From the NCBI RefSeq assembly GCF_000143415.4, contig NW_003314375.1:186001-250000 (forward strand): a stretch of 64,000 bases of DNA. The letters are read 5' to 3'. This stretch comes from Selaginella moellendorffii (lineage: Eukaryota > Plantae > Lycopodiophyta). Numbering within the stretch: position 1 is the stretch's first letter; every line of letters starts with the position of its first letter. Under the pieces are notes generated by a model. The model had not been told where the DNA came from. It ran no database searches and saw nothing but the letters and a program-made list of their open reading frames with translations. A program made the position numbers and the translations under genes. Positions 1-14,006 of the stretch are shown here, piece by piece.

Positions 1-50
1 AAAATGTAAGCGCTTGTGTTTTCTCGTCGCGCGTAGAAATTTCCTTGCAG

Positions 51-951
51 GTCTCTCCTTTACTATGCAGTAAGACGTGTGATGCATGTAAGTGGCCGGA
101 GAAACTCTCTAGAGATTTGAAGGAGCTTGCGGATGCTTCGTGTTTCAACTCCGTATGGCAGTCCGGTGTACGCATAAAATCGTAGGTGTTATTACTTCTC
201 TTTTTGAAAGCTTATTGTTTACTTGTTGCAGGGATTGTTCTTCGCCGAATGATAAGAGCGAGTTTTGGAATTACGACAATGAAGATGTGGACGAACACGA
301 TGCGGAAGACGATATATCGGACTCTGAAGGTACACTGTACTTACGTCGGAAAGGACTGCCAATCTTTTTCTTATGCAGACGAGAAAGCCAGGGAAGCTGC
401 GAGTAAAGGTGGAAAGAAAGTCGAGAAAAGAGTTGCAGCTTTGCTGCGTGCCGAGGAAGAACAAAAAGCCAAACAACCAAAGGTAAGCTGAATTTGCTTT
501 TGGCTTCGCACTCAATAATTTGGTTTTTGTACAAACAGAAAAAATCAGCTCAAAACAATTTGGTAACCGAGGAGCTCCGCTCTACATCACGAGCACGCCT
601 AGAAAACACAGTGCGAGCAGCCATCGAGCGCCTTGGTCAGCGAACAGTTAAACTAGCAGCTTCACAATGTCTAAAACTTTGCTTATACTAGGTTGTGCGG
701 ACGCTGTCAACACAACAGCAGCAGCATCAGCGTTGGAGATCGAGTGCCACGAAAAGTTCGGCAAATTTGGGAGGAGTTTTTACCACTCCCAAGTTGCTAG
801 CAAAGTTAGATGGCTCTCCGCTTGCTCGGCCTCAGAGCTAATCGCTTTCAAGGTACTCAAGATCTTTTCTTTTCTAGTCTCTAAAACCCTGCATTACAGA
901 TCTCATAGCGTTCTTCTCTAACAAGTTTTGCTAGCGATATGCCTTTACGTG
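51..951 (+). CDS. RECQL3: 3' part of a RecQ-like 3 helicase (Zn-binding CDxC, acidic tract, C-terminal SRI-like segment); multi-exon, 5' end outside window, last exon uncertain
   Basis: Spliced exons read SKTCDACKWPE..., EFWNYDNEDVDEHDAEDDISDSE, KRVAALLRAEE, LEIECHEKFGKFGRSFYHSQVASKVRWL, which resemble the C-terminus of plant RecQ3. Confidence 0.75.
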
Positions 952-2747
952 AAGATATGGAGCAAACGATGGACGTCCTTGGGATTGTTATCTCTGAGAA
1001 CTTGATTCGCTGCTCTTTTTCCAATCGTGGGGGAGTTCTGTGGATGGATTCTACAAGCACCAAGCAGAGCTCCAAGAGCCTCGGCGTTTGGTTTGTATGG
1101 CATGCCATAAATCACCTCTTCCGCCCTCTTCAAGTTTCCAATCCGCCCAAAGCCATCTGCAACGCAGACATAGTGTTCTTGGCTGGGTTCTAGACAATGA
1201 TCGGAGCTCATAGATAAGAGATAATTTAGCGCTTTCTCTAGCAAACCAATGTGGGTGCAAGCTGATATCACCTTCAAAAAACAAAGGTCGTCTGGATCAA
1301 TACCCTCCACCTCCATTTCATGGAAGATTTGGATGGCATCACGTCCATGACCAAAGTGAGCATATCCAGCAATCAAAGCCGTCCATGTCACAAGCGTCCG
1401 TTTGGACATCTTCTCGAAGAGATTTCTTGCCCCGTCAAGATGCCCGTTCTGGGCATATCCCACAACCATGGAATTCCAGGAGAGAATATTTCTTTCGGGA
1501 ATCTTGTTAAAAACGCTGCGGGCCTCTGCCACGTCCCCAGCCTGAGAATATCCGCCAACGAGGATGTTCCAAGGCACCGCATCGTCCAGCGGCATACTTT
1601 CGAATACTCCCTGTGCGCACACCATTTGCCCTTCCCGGGCATATGCATGGAGGAGCAAAGTCCATGATATAACGTCTTTCATCGGCATCTGGTCAAATAA
1701 TACTTTGACATCTTCAAGATGCCCATGCTGCGCAAAAACTTGCATGATCGACGTCCATGAAAGAACGTCTCGCTCGGGCATCTTATCAAATAAAGATTTG
1801 GCTTGCTCGCAATGGCAATCACTTTGGGCGTAAGCAGATATCATAGAATTACAAGCCACTAGATTGTGCTCGGGCATTCTATCAAACACTCTATTGCATT
1901 TTTCCAAGTCTTGATTTTCCACAAAAGCTTGTAGCAATGCACTCCAAGAGATGATATCTCTCTCCAGCATTCCATCAAACGTTTTCTTGGCCTCCTCCAC
2001 AAACCCTCTTTGAGAAAATGCCGCCACCATTGCGTTCTGTGAAACCAGGTCCAAAATCGGCATGCCGCTCGTAATACCTTCAGCTTTAGGAATATTCCCA
2101 TCCTGGGCATATGCTGCGGCCATAGCAGTGCAGGACACTGTGTTTCGGTAAGGCATTGAGACAAAGATACTCTGAGCGTGATCCAGCCTTCCACCTGCAA
2201 TGTATGCTTGCATCATCACCGTCCAGCTGTAGATATTCTTTTTTGGCATGGTATCAAACGTGTGCTTGGTAGCCTCGAGATTCCCTTCCTGGGCATATGC
2301 CTGAAGAATAGTTGTCCAAGATATCACGGTTTTTTCGGGCATTTCCTGAAACAAATTCCAGGATTGAGTTAAATACCCAGCTTTCGTATAAGCCACTAAC
2401 AAGGCGTTCCACGACACGGAGTTACGGACGGGCATCCTATCGAACATTAGTTTTGCATCTTCCAGATGCCCGTTTTGGGCATATGCGACGAGCATGAGTG
2501 TCCAGGTGTATAGATCGGGCTCGCGGATGCCGTCAAAAACGGCCCTAGCTTCCTCCACGCTATGGCACCGGCCATACATCTGTACCACCAGATTGGCCAG
2601 GAACTTATCGCTGTGGAGGCGGGGAGCGATGAGAGAATGGAGGCGCTTGGCCTGCGTAAGATCTCGGCAGGATCGCAGCTCCGGCAGTAAATCTTTGTGC
2701 GATTCGCGCTGCTCGTAGTGCGCGGATCGGCTAGAATTCACAGGCAT
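945..2747 (-). CDS. PLS-class pentatricopeptide repeat protein with partial E domain, no DYW
   Basis: Intronless 600 aa ORF of ~31-35 aa repeats (FDxMPxRxxVSWN) ending in HYVCVADGFGRIG...MPYKPN...LLGACRIH. Confidence 0.95.
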   Translation of the reverse strand: MPVNSSRSAHYEQRESHKDLLPELRSCRDLTQAKRLHSLIAPRLHSDKFLANLVVQMYGRCHSVEEARAVFDGIREPDLYTWTLMLVAYAQNGHLEDAKLMFDRMPVRNSVSWNALLVAYTKAGYLTQSWNLFQEMPEKTVISWTTILQAYAQEGNLEATKHTFDTMPKKNIYSWTVMMQAYIAGGRLDHAQSIFVSMPYRNTVSCTAMAAAYAQDGNIPKAEGITSGMPILDLVSQNAMVAAFSQRGFVEEAKKTFDGMLERDIISWSALLQAFVENQDLEKCNRVFDRMPEHNLVACNSMISAYAQSDCHCEQAKSLFDKMPERDVLSWTSIMQVFAQHGHLEDVKVLFDQMPMKDVISWTLLLHAYAREGQMVCAQGVFESMPLDDAVPWNILVGGYSQAGDVAEARSVFNKIPERNILSWNSMVVGYAQNGHLDGARNLFEKMSKRTLVTWTALIAGYAHFGHGRDAIQIFHEMEVEGIDPDDLCFLKVISACTHIGLLEKALNYLLSMSSDHCLEPSQEHYVCVADGFGRIGNLKRAEEVIYGMPYKPNAEALGALLGACRIHPQNSPTIGKRAANQVLRDNNPKDVHRLLHIFT

Positions 2748-5399
2748 TCTTCACGAATTTAGCGCGCGAAAAACATTTTTGAAACTCTAATATTAGACTA
2801 ATATAGTTTGATCGTTTGATTTGTAAACACACCGAGTTTCCAGGGTGAGCCTGAATGAACAATTGAGAAACAAAAGGAGGAAGTCCAATGGCCCTGTTTT
2901 GTTTCCTGCCCGAGAGCGATTGTTATATGATTCTTCGCGAAATGGATGAGTTCCGTGCGGTTTTTCTTTTGTTGATCATCAGTTCCTCATTGCTGTTGTT
3001 TGCTGGATTCATCGGTGCAATATCGGCTAGGGGAAATAGCAGCAGACAGTCCAGTTTCGTGTCGTGCTAAAATCCATCCAAGCCCCCATGAAAGTCTGCA
3101 ACCACCAACAAAAGATTCATCAAATTGCTTCATTCTCAAATCTTATGATAGGAGTATTGAGTTCGACTCTCGAAATTCCCTTTCCCTATAATCATTTTGT
3201 TCAGCAAGGTGAGAGCAATTATAGAGCATGGTGCTTCATTCCAAACTTGGCACCACGGTAGAATAGTTAGATCCTGGGTCTTTACAGTAGTATCAGAGCG
3301 CCAATCCTCTGGGCGTTCATGTTAATCTGTGAGGATGAGGAAGCGGGAAGAGAGCTGTCCGATTGAGAGGCTGTCTCCGTCTCCACTCAGGAGCAGCCAG
3401 GGTTCCATGATTGGGGTCACGGCAGAAATGGCTAGGGCTTCTCGCCATGCACAAGGTGGCCAATGTGACGTTGGAACCAGATATTGACGTGGCATCCTCA
3501 TTGGAGGGGCTGAAGAATGTGCTGCAAGCATTCATGCAGCAGTATCTGACGGATCAGAAGCATGGAAATGAGTAGTATTTGGCCATGCAACAATATTTGC
3601 TAGCACTTGATCAGTCTCTCTGGCAGCTCGGTTCGCAGCAGGAGCAGATCTTGGATCGCCAAGATCAACTGGAGGTGCGCTTGCATGGCAGAAAGACCGA
3701 TCAAGAAAGAAAAGGACAAAAGGACTGGACTTGAAGTTTAGAGTGGCAAGATCAACTCCAGGAATGCCAGGAGAGAAGGATGTGTTCAAGTATCGATGGA
3801 CAGGGCCAGCTCGCCAGCTGACTGGTTCCAGGGCTCATCAACGGTTCCACTTCTTCCAGGAGGCACAGACCAGAAATTGATAGACCAGATGCGTGGATAA
3901 CAATGTTGCAAACTGGAGTAAGCATGGCAATTGGAGGTATACTTGGGTTGCACCTTCAGTGATGTAGATTAGGGCTTCTGAGGTCTGAGAATCTTGCTAA
4001 ACACGCCTAAAAACATAAACCCCATTGTGGATTGGAGTATGTTCAGAGATTTTGTGTCGGTATCAACAGTGTAGTGTGAGGCTGGGTATGTGCTTGTTTG
4101 CATTGTGAGGTTGCCACTAGTAAGCAGAGAGCAACTGGGCTGTGTCGAGATCAAGGAAGATCACTAAGTTGATGTGTTGAATATTCCATGCCACATGATA
4201 AGTTTATGGTATCAAAGGTATTGTATGATGATTTTTGCATCTAGAATGTGAGTTTTTTTTGCTAATCTTTAACCTAATACTATTAACATTTTCTTGAGGA
4301 GTTAAATGCAGAAAGATGGCTGATGGTGGATTTGGTTTAAGACCAAATGAATTTTCTTGCAAAGTTTTAACAATGTATTTGGGCTGACATTACCAAAGAG
4401 GAGGATCATACCAAAGGAAAGATACCAACAGGTTTGGCCTAATTATACCTCTATCCAAAACAGTGGCTATAAGGAATGCAGGTTAACTCCTTCTAAAATG
4501 CCATGACAATATATCCACAGGCCAAAAAGAGTGATGTCAGCCAGTCTGCGTCACCAACATGGCCTGGTGACTGTAGCTAGGCAAATGCCCGTGTCCAAAG
4601 AGGGAAAATGCTCCAAAAGTGATAGTGCATCGTGGTTGCAAAGATAACTTGCAACTGGCTTGTCTTGTTTTGATGATGTTTGTTGCTGCGTATGTCACGG
4701 CCTTGTGTCCAAGGACCCCGATCTCTATCAGGTCCATTGTATTGAATAAACGAGACAACTAGGGAGGAAGAACTCCCTGAATCAGAAGGAATAGGTAGCC
4801 AAGCAAGCAGGGAATGGAACGAGAGGGATGGAGAGAAGTACAGAGAGAATAACAGCCTGCCCTGAGCTCACATCGTCCCCACTTATAACTGGCATGACTT
4901 ATATGTCTAGTTTCAAAATCGATTGAATCGAACAATCTGTTCTGCATCACCAAGAACAATGAACAGCAGTAGAACAACAGAGAATAAAGATTGTACGATA
5001 GAGATTCCTGTAGTTACAGCAAGCCGAAGAACAAAATCGTGTGCGCTCGCAACTTAAAAACATACAAATCTATGCAATCCAATACAAGTACTGGAAAAAG
5101 CCTCTCCCGCTTGAAAGGTGCCGCTTGCTCAAGGGACAATCTTCCATTTTGTAACTTTGTGTTTCTCTACAAAATGCTTCGTGTGTGCTCCAATTCTTTA
5201 ATCTGTAAATCGGAACAGTTGTATCAGCTGTCATGGCTCTTGGAAGTTCTATATAGTTTAAAGGAGTCTACTCGTCATCGACCAAAGGTTCTCTCCTCCA
5301 CTACCACTAGTGGATCTAATTTATTCTTTCCTCTTCCCCTTCCCCCATTGATTCTAATTGTGGTGCTGCTTCCTTTTGCATAATATTTGTGGGCCAACC

Positions 5400-6722
5400 A
5401 TGTCGTTTTCATGAAATGCCTTCATTTTCTCTCGCAAATCTATTCCTTCATTTTGCTTGGCTTAACAGAGCATTAAAACTTTCGCCTTCAAACGTTCTAA
5501 ATTCCATGCGTAAATTTTACTCGAGGTATCATGTGTTGTATATCATCTCCGGCCGCTGGAGCGGGGTTGAAAAGCAGAATGATAGCCTAGAAAAGTCGAA
5601 CAAAAGAGCCCTCTACGATTAAAGGCCAGGGCATTCAGCTGCTTGACTACCCTTGAAGATGCACTTGCAGCACGAACAAGTTCCACAAATAGATTGGAAT
5701 TTAGTTGGCAGTTGTCCACCTTCCTGTCAAGGTTAAACACTTTTGCAATTGGATTGACAGTCATTTGCAGCTCTCTTGAGAACTTAACTCTCTTAACATC
5801 CTACCCCTTGGGTTGAGCTCAATTGAAGCAAATTAAATAAGTAATTCCCTAACTTCAACATCTTTAGTGAGGTATAAACTCCATCCACAGCCATCTGGTG
5901 TAAGTCTGATCTTGACATGTCTAACATAATCGCTAGACTCTGGAGCCATTTCGAACTTGCAGTTGTTCCATATGTAGTCCTCCAAGTCGTAAACACCCTT
6001 GTCTGACTGCTCCAGGAACTTCGAACATCTCGCTATACTCGGCCTTGATGAAGCAGTTGCATGCAGAAGAGCCTGCTCCAGACAGCGGAAAGCTTCACGA
6101 TGTACGCCAAATGCACTGAGAGTGGCCGCTTTTCTGAAGAGAAACTTTTCATGTAGCGGATTTGCCTCCAGCACCACATTGCAATCTGCGAGTGCTTCCT
6201 CATACCTTTCCAGCCTCAAGAATCATTCTTGAACGAAAGGTGACGTCCCTGTTAGATGCAGCCAGGAAAAACTCCTCCACTCGTGATTAAAGCCCTTGCA
6301 TGCACAGGCTGTATTTCTGGCATGCCAGAAGGTAGCTGCCCTCATAAAACAATCTGAACTTTCACCACTCAATTAGAATCCAAAGAAGTAAGAAAAGACC
6401 AACCTGTTTCCTTCAAGTCGGAGAGACCTATCGTCCAGTTCATCCAGCTCACGAGCCTGGTGACCAAGCGTCATTTCGAAGCCATGCACATACGGAACTC
6501 CTATAAGCCGCAGCGAAGGATTTGGAATTGCTACCTCAAGACCCTTGGGAAACGAAAGCCCTGTAGCCGTTGAGAGAGAGAGCTGCTCCTCGCCTCTCGA
6601 CTAAGTGTGCCTCTCAACACGTTAAAATCTCTGGGCAGCTTGCTCCGGTTCTCGCTTCAGAATCCCCCACATTCGGCTCGCCTCTCGGATCGGCAGAAGC
6701 AGGACCCTTCGATGGAGGCCAT
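5400..6722 (-). pseudogene. Disrupted TPR + SET-domain gene (ATXR1/SDG35-like)
   Basis: TPR segment RLERYEEALADCNVVLEANPLHEKFLFRKAA, followed by YDLEDYIW...VKIRLTPDGCGWSLYLTKDVEVRELLI (decayed GRGLFATK motif), then stops and frameshifts; probable ATG at 6722. Confidence 0.7.
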
Positions 6723-6770
6723 TCTTAAAGCCCGGACCCCTTAAGCTTTCCTCTTAATCATATCTAGACC

Positions 6771-6833
6771 AATTTAGTCGGTCAAGATATTTGGCTCAGC
6801 CGGAAGACCCTGGTTCGAGTCCCGGAAATGGAA
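6771..6833 (+). pseudogene. Decayed tRNA-Glu-like sequence
   Basis: TAGTCGGTCAAGATATTTGGCTC...GAAGACCCTGGTTCGAGTCCCGGAAATGGAA keeps the A box, B box, T arm and 3' acceptor strand of plant tRNA-Glu. The 5' acceptor strand is missing and the anticodon loop is shortened. Confidence 0.7.
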
Positions 6834-7331
6834 CTGAGGTGCCGGGTGCGGCACGAGACCTCCATTTGATAACCAAAAAGCCTAGTCCGCTGTTGCTATG
6901 CGCACTTCCAGCGCTCATAAATCTTCCGAACGTGACTCTAAGGTGGATATCGATCGGCCACAACAGCACTTCCAGCGCCTCGTGTCTTCCGAGGTGGATA
7001 TCGATTGGCCAGGCTATGAGCAAGAGGTGTGCAGAAGTAGAGGAAGGAAGATTCAGCCAGCTCTCATTGAAGAAGAGGCACGGCTTTTGGGAATGAAGTG
7101 TCCTCATTATCGAGGATCTTCGCAACATCACATCAATTTCATAGGTTTGTAATTTTAAATTCCTGTGAGTTTTCTGTCTGTTTCTGCATTCATCGCGCTT
7201 TTAATATTAAAACCTCCACCTTTGATAACTTCATAATTACCTTTAAACCGCTTTCTACTTGTGTACAAGACAAAAAAAAGATAAGAAAGATAAGTACAAA
7301 AAGCTTCCACTTCTGTGCCCGACAACTCTGC

Positions 7332-9149
7332 TTAACCTTCCTCGTCATCATCTTCATCTTCGTCTTCATTTTCTTCGTCTTCGTTGTCTTCATCATTCTG
7401 TTCTTGATCGAGGCCGAGTTTCCGCAGAGCATCCTCAACTGCCATCCTCATGCAAGCAGGGAACAGGTGCGGATCCAAACAGCATCGTAAGATCTGCAAG
7501 CGCCCCGTCCTTGAAGACTTTTTGATGCCGAGCTTTGCAGAATAGAACGCCAGAGCAAGGGATAGGATGTCGTCTTCTTCTTTGTAAGGCTGCATCGAGC
7601 TGGATGGCGAGTGATAGCCGCGAGTGCCAACCTTTCTCCTCAATTCCTGACGATCAGTTTTGAAACAGGAGATGTCGTAGTCATTGATCTTCAATACATT
7701 CCCTTTAAACACCAGCATGTTGTCTGGCTTCACGTCTCGATGCAGGATGCTTTTGCGGTGAAGATGCCTCAGACCTTCGAATGCCTGGTTCCACATCATC
7801 TCAGTTGAAGCTAAATCACTTACATGCTTCGCTCTGAAAGGCTCCCCAAATCCGTCCAACTCCAAAAACTGGAAAACACCCTCCCTGTTCCCGACGTCCA
7901 CAGTCCCCCAGTTCAGTAGTTGCCGCAGATTAGGATGATAATCCGATGCTGAATGTATCTCTCTCTCGGTGCCAGCATCTGCAGGCAAACATATCTTCAA
8001 CACCGTTGAGCGCGATCTCCTGAGCATGACAAGCGACTTGCGGCCATAAGCGACGATGTTCAGGTCTGAGATGCTGATATCGTCGTTGTGTGCTCCACGA
8101 AAACGAACAACTGAAACCCGTAGACCATGTATCTCCCGCAGCTGCTCCATGTATGCAACCAACGTCGAGAATCCCGCTGACGGCATGCCAGGAAGGATAT
8201 CGCAGAGCCTAACACTCCCCAGCCTGCTCTCGCTGTCGTCCAAATCCCTCAGCTTCATCAGTATGAAGGCGGGATTCATCAGGGCCAACTGCTGCGGAGT
8301 TTCATTGGCTTCTGCGCTCGTGGGAACTCAGGACTCACCTCCACACTTCCGTCTTGTCGCAAATATTTCACCACCCAGAACCTGTCCATGCGGCAGAAAA
8401 GGCAGCCCATAGCCACGGGCTCATCTCCCTCCGTTGATTCCAAGTATTCAGCTTCTTGCCCAATCAAGAGTGCATTCGACTCAACTCCTGTCGGGTCACT
8501 GTCCTTTGCGTGCTTGACTGAAGTCTTCACTTCGGTTGGAGCCTTCATCTTGGAGCTCACGAAACCCTGAAGATCCGACTTCTTTACCTTTCCCTGTCCC
8601 TCTCCTCCAAAGTGCAAACCCTCCTGCCCAAAAGATGCCGCTTCCAGGAAGCACAGAATCGCAGGGTAGTAATCCGCTTCCGCCACCTTCATCTTCCGAA
8701 GTCTAGCCGTCCGTAAATGAGTGAGCTGCACTTCGACTAGCAAGTACAGCCACCGAAGGGCAACTAAAATCCGGTCGGCCTGGCCTAGCATTGTCGCCGG
8801 CTCCACACAAACCGGTTTATACCTGCTGATTACCCTCTGTCTCTTACTGGTAGGATCCTTAGCACTAGTGACATATGTATTGCTCGGAACCCGTTCCTTA
8901 CCTGAAAAAAAGATCTTTAGCACTAGTGACAAATGTATTGCTCGGAACCCGTTCCTTACCTTCAAGTTTTTTGAGGAAGGAGCGAAGTGTGGCCGCTTTG
9001 TCCTGTGGAGTTGGAGGAATGAAGTTCCTAGCTACCAGATGCACAGGCATTTCCATAAACTCTAAATGGATCCGCGCCTTCTCCTCGGCAGTGAGCGGCA
9101 AATCCCACAGCGCCTTCAAAAATGACTCGACGCCTTCCATCTCCGCCAT
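7332..9149 (-). CDS. Crinkler-like fusion: helical header + PD-(D/E)XK nuclease-like domain + Ser/Thr kinase + acidic tail (3 exons predicted)
   Basis: Three ORF pieces join in frame through an intron at 8902-8959 (GTAAGG...TTTCAG) and one of 47-50 nt near 8289-8338 (GTGAGT...CAG). Motifs: SD...EVK...GQEAEY; VLK, HRDVKPDN, DYD, GTRGY. Confidence 0.75.
8854..8961. repeat. Tandem direct repeat of ~50 bp (58-bp period) spanning an intron and the next exon
   Basis: gatccttagcactagtgacatatgtattgctcggaacccgttccttacct (8854-8903) vs gatctttagcactagtgacaaatgtattgctcggaacccgttccttacct (8912-8961); two mismatches. Confidence 0.95.
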
Positions 9150-10161
9150 GCCCTAAGAAAACCTTTATGGATTTCATTTTACTCAAACCCTTAATATAGA
9201 TTTTTCACCCCAAGGCTCCAGCCCTAACATCAATATTGTTTTGAAGCTGTAGAATTAACTATATTATAAATATAGTATTGAATGAAATCTTTTAATTTTG
9301 ATTATTGTTTTTAAATATTTTTAAAGTCACTGCAGCGCCATTACTATGTTTTACCATCTATCTAAACGCCAGGTTGACGGCATGGCCTTAAGGTATTTTG
9401 CAACTTCCGCAGCCGTTACAGGGTTCCCCAGGAAGTCTTGTGCATGGAAATCCAGTGTTGGAAAGGAGTGCTATAAATTGTGGTGGAGGTGGCGGACATG
9501 AACATTACACCTTTACTTCCAACTCAGCACAAGCTGCTTGCAAAATTAAATATATCTTGCCTTTTCATGCTGTGACCTTTTTTCATAGCGCTCATAGCGC
9601 CTCAGCGAGAAGAATCTATTGCAGAAGATGCTGCCGGCGTCATTCTACCATTGCTGATCGATGTAGCGGCCAATAACAAGCCCGTATAACAAAGTGAGGC
9701 AGAACACGTGGAGGGATGACTCGGAAAGGAGATTTGACGTGGCGGGGAGGGGTTTGTTACAGAGGATCAGGGGGCGGATCAGCAGGGGACTTCTTGGGAT
9801 GCAGCAGGGCAGCGATAAAGGACATGGCGGGAGCTAGGGCTGAAGGGGGGATTGGCTTGGGAACGGCGTGACGAGCAAGGGCGATCAAGATCTGAGCACA
9901 GTAAGGGCTTTGACCTAGTGTGGACTCCAGTAAGCCTCGCCCGGGCTTACGCCCATTTTAGAACCGCTACATCGAACAGCGCGATGACACGTGGCCGTAG
10001 ACTACGTGTCCTGGCTTGCGAAGCATATTCGAAGGTCCTTGACAAAGAGGAAGTGCAGCGATAGATAGGGATTTCTTTTCTTTGTTCTTGGCTTCGCGTC
10101 ATCGCTCAGGGTTTGGGATGGGCTGCCGAGGGATGATGTTGTAGCAGCGACGATCAGGGCA

Positions 10162-13365
<3,204 letters not shown>

Positions 13366-14006
13366 TAACCTCATTATAAAAGACATTTCGTACGGAAGCG
13401 GGAAAATGGGGGAGTTACGTACGGGTATCGTGACATGTCCCCATTTGGGCATATGCGATTAGGGCGCTATAGACGAGCAGGGAATCGGGGAATTCGCAGC
13501 TCCGGTAGCGAAATTCGTGGAATTCGGTGCGCGGATGCAAATGCACGCCTTGAAATCGTCAAATTGGGCGCATTCGATCGCGAATTGGGATCAATCGATC
13601 GCGATCTGGGCGCCCCTTGATTGATGGATTGATCGGACCAAAGAATTGCCGCAAATCTAACGAAGGTGCTGTCACTGGGGCAAGTGTCTTGCTGTTTTGG
13701 CAGTGTTAGAAGGGGACAACGAAGCAAGCTAATTTAGCTTATATTAGTGCAAATGAAAATGCCGCCATCAGGAAAGGCCTCCCTTTTGTCGCTATCCGTG
13801 CTCGTTCCGCCCACACGTGTTGATCCGACGGCGCGCGGGGGCGATGGCCATTCCATCCGACGGCCACGGCTCCACCCGTGTTGGTTCTAAGGGAAAAGAA
13901 GGAACCCTAGAATTGAAAATCTCCTATCGAAGCTTTTCTCATTCTGATGATCGCTTGAGGAGAGAGGAGGCGGCGGCGCTGGTGAGAATCGATAGGCTCT
14001 TCCCCG

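Noticed and set aside
8279-8340. Frameshift making the nuclease-kinase gene a pseudogene
   Set aside because: A 47- or 50-nt GTGAGT...CAG intron restores the frame; a 1-bp deletion is not excluded.
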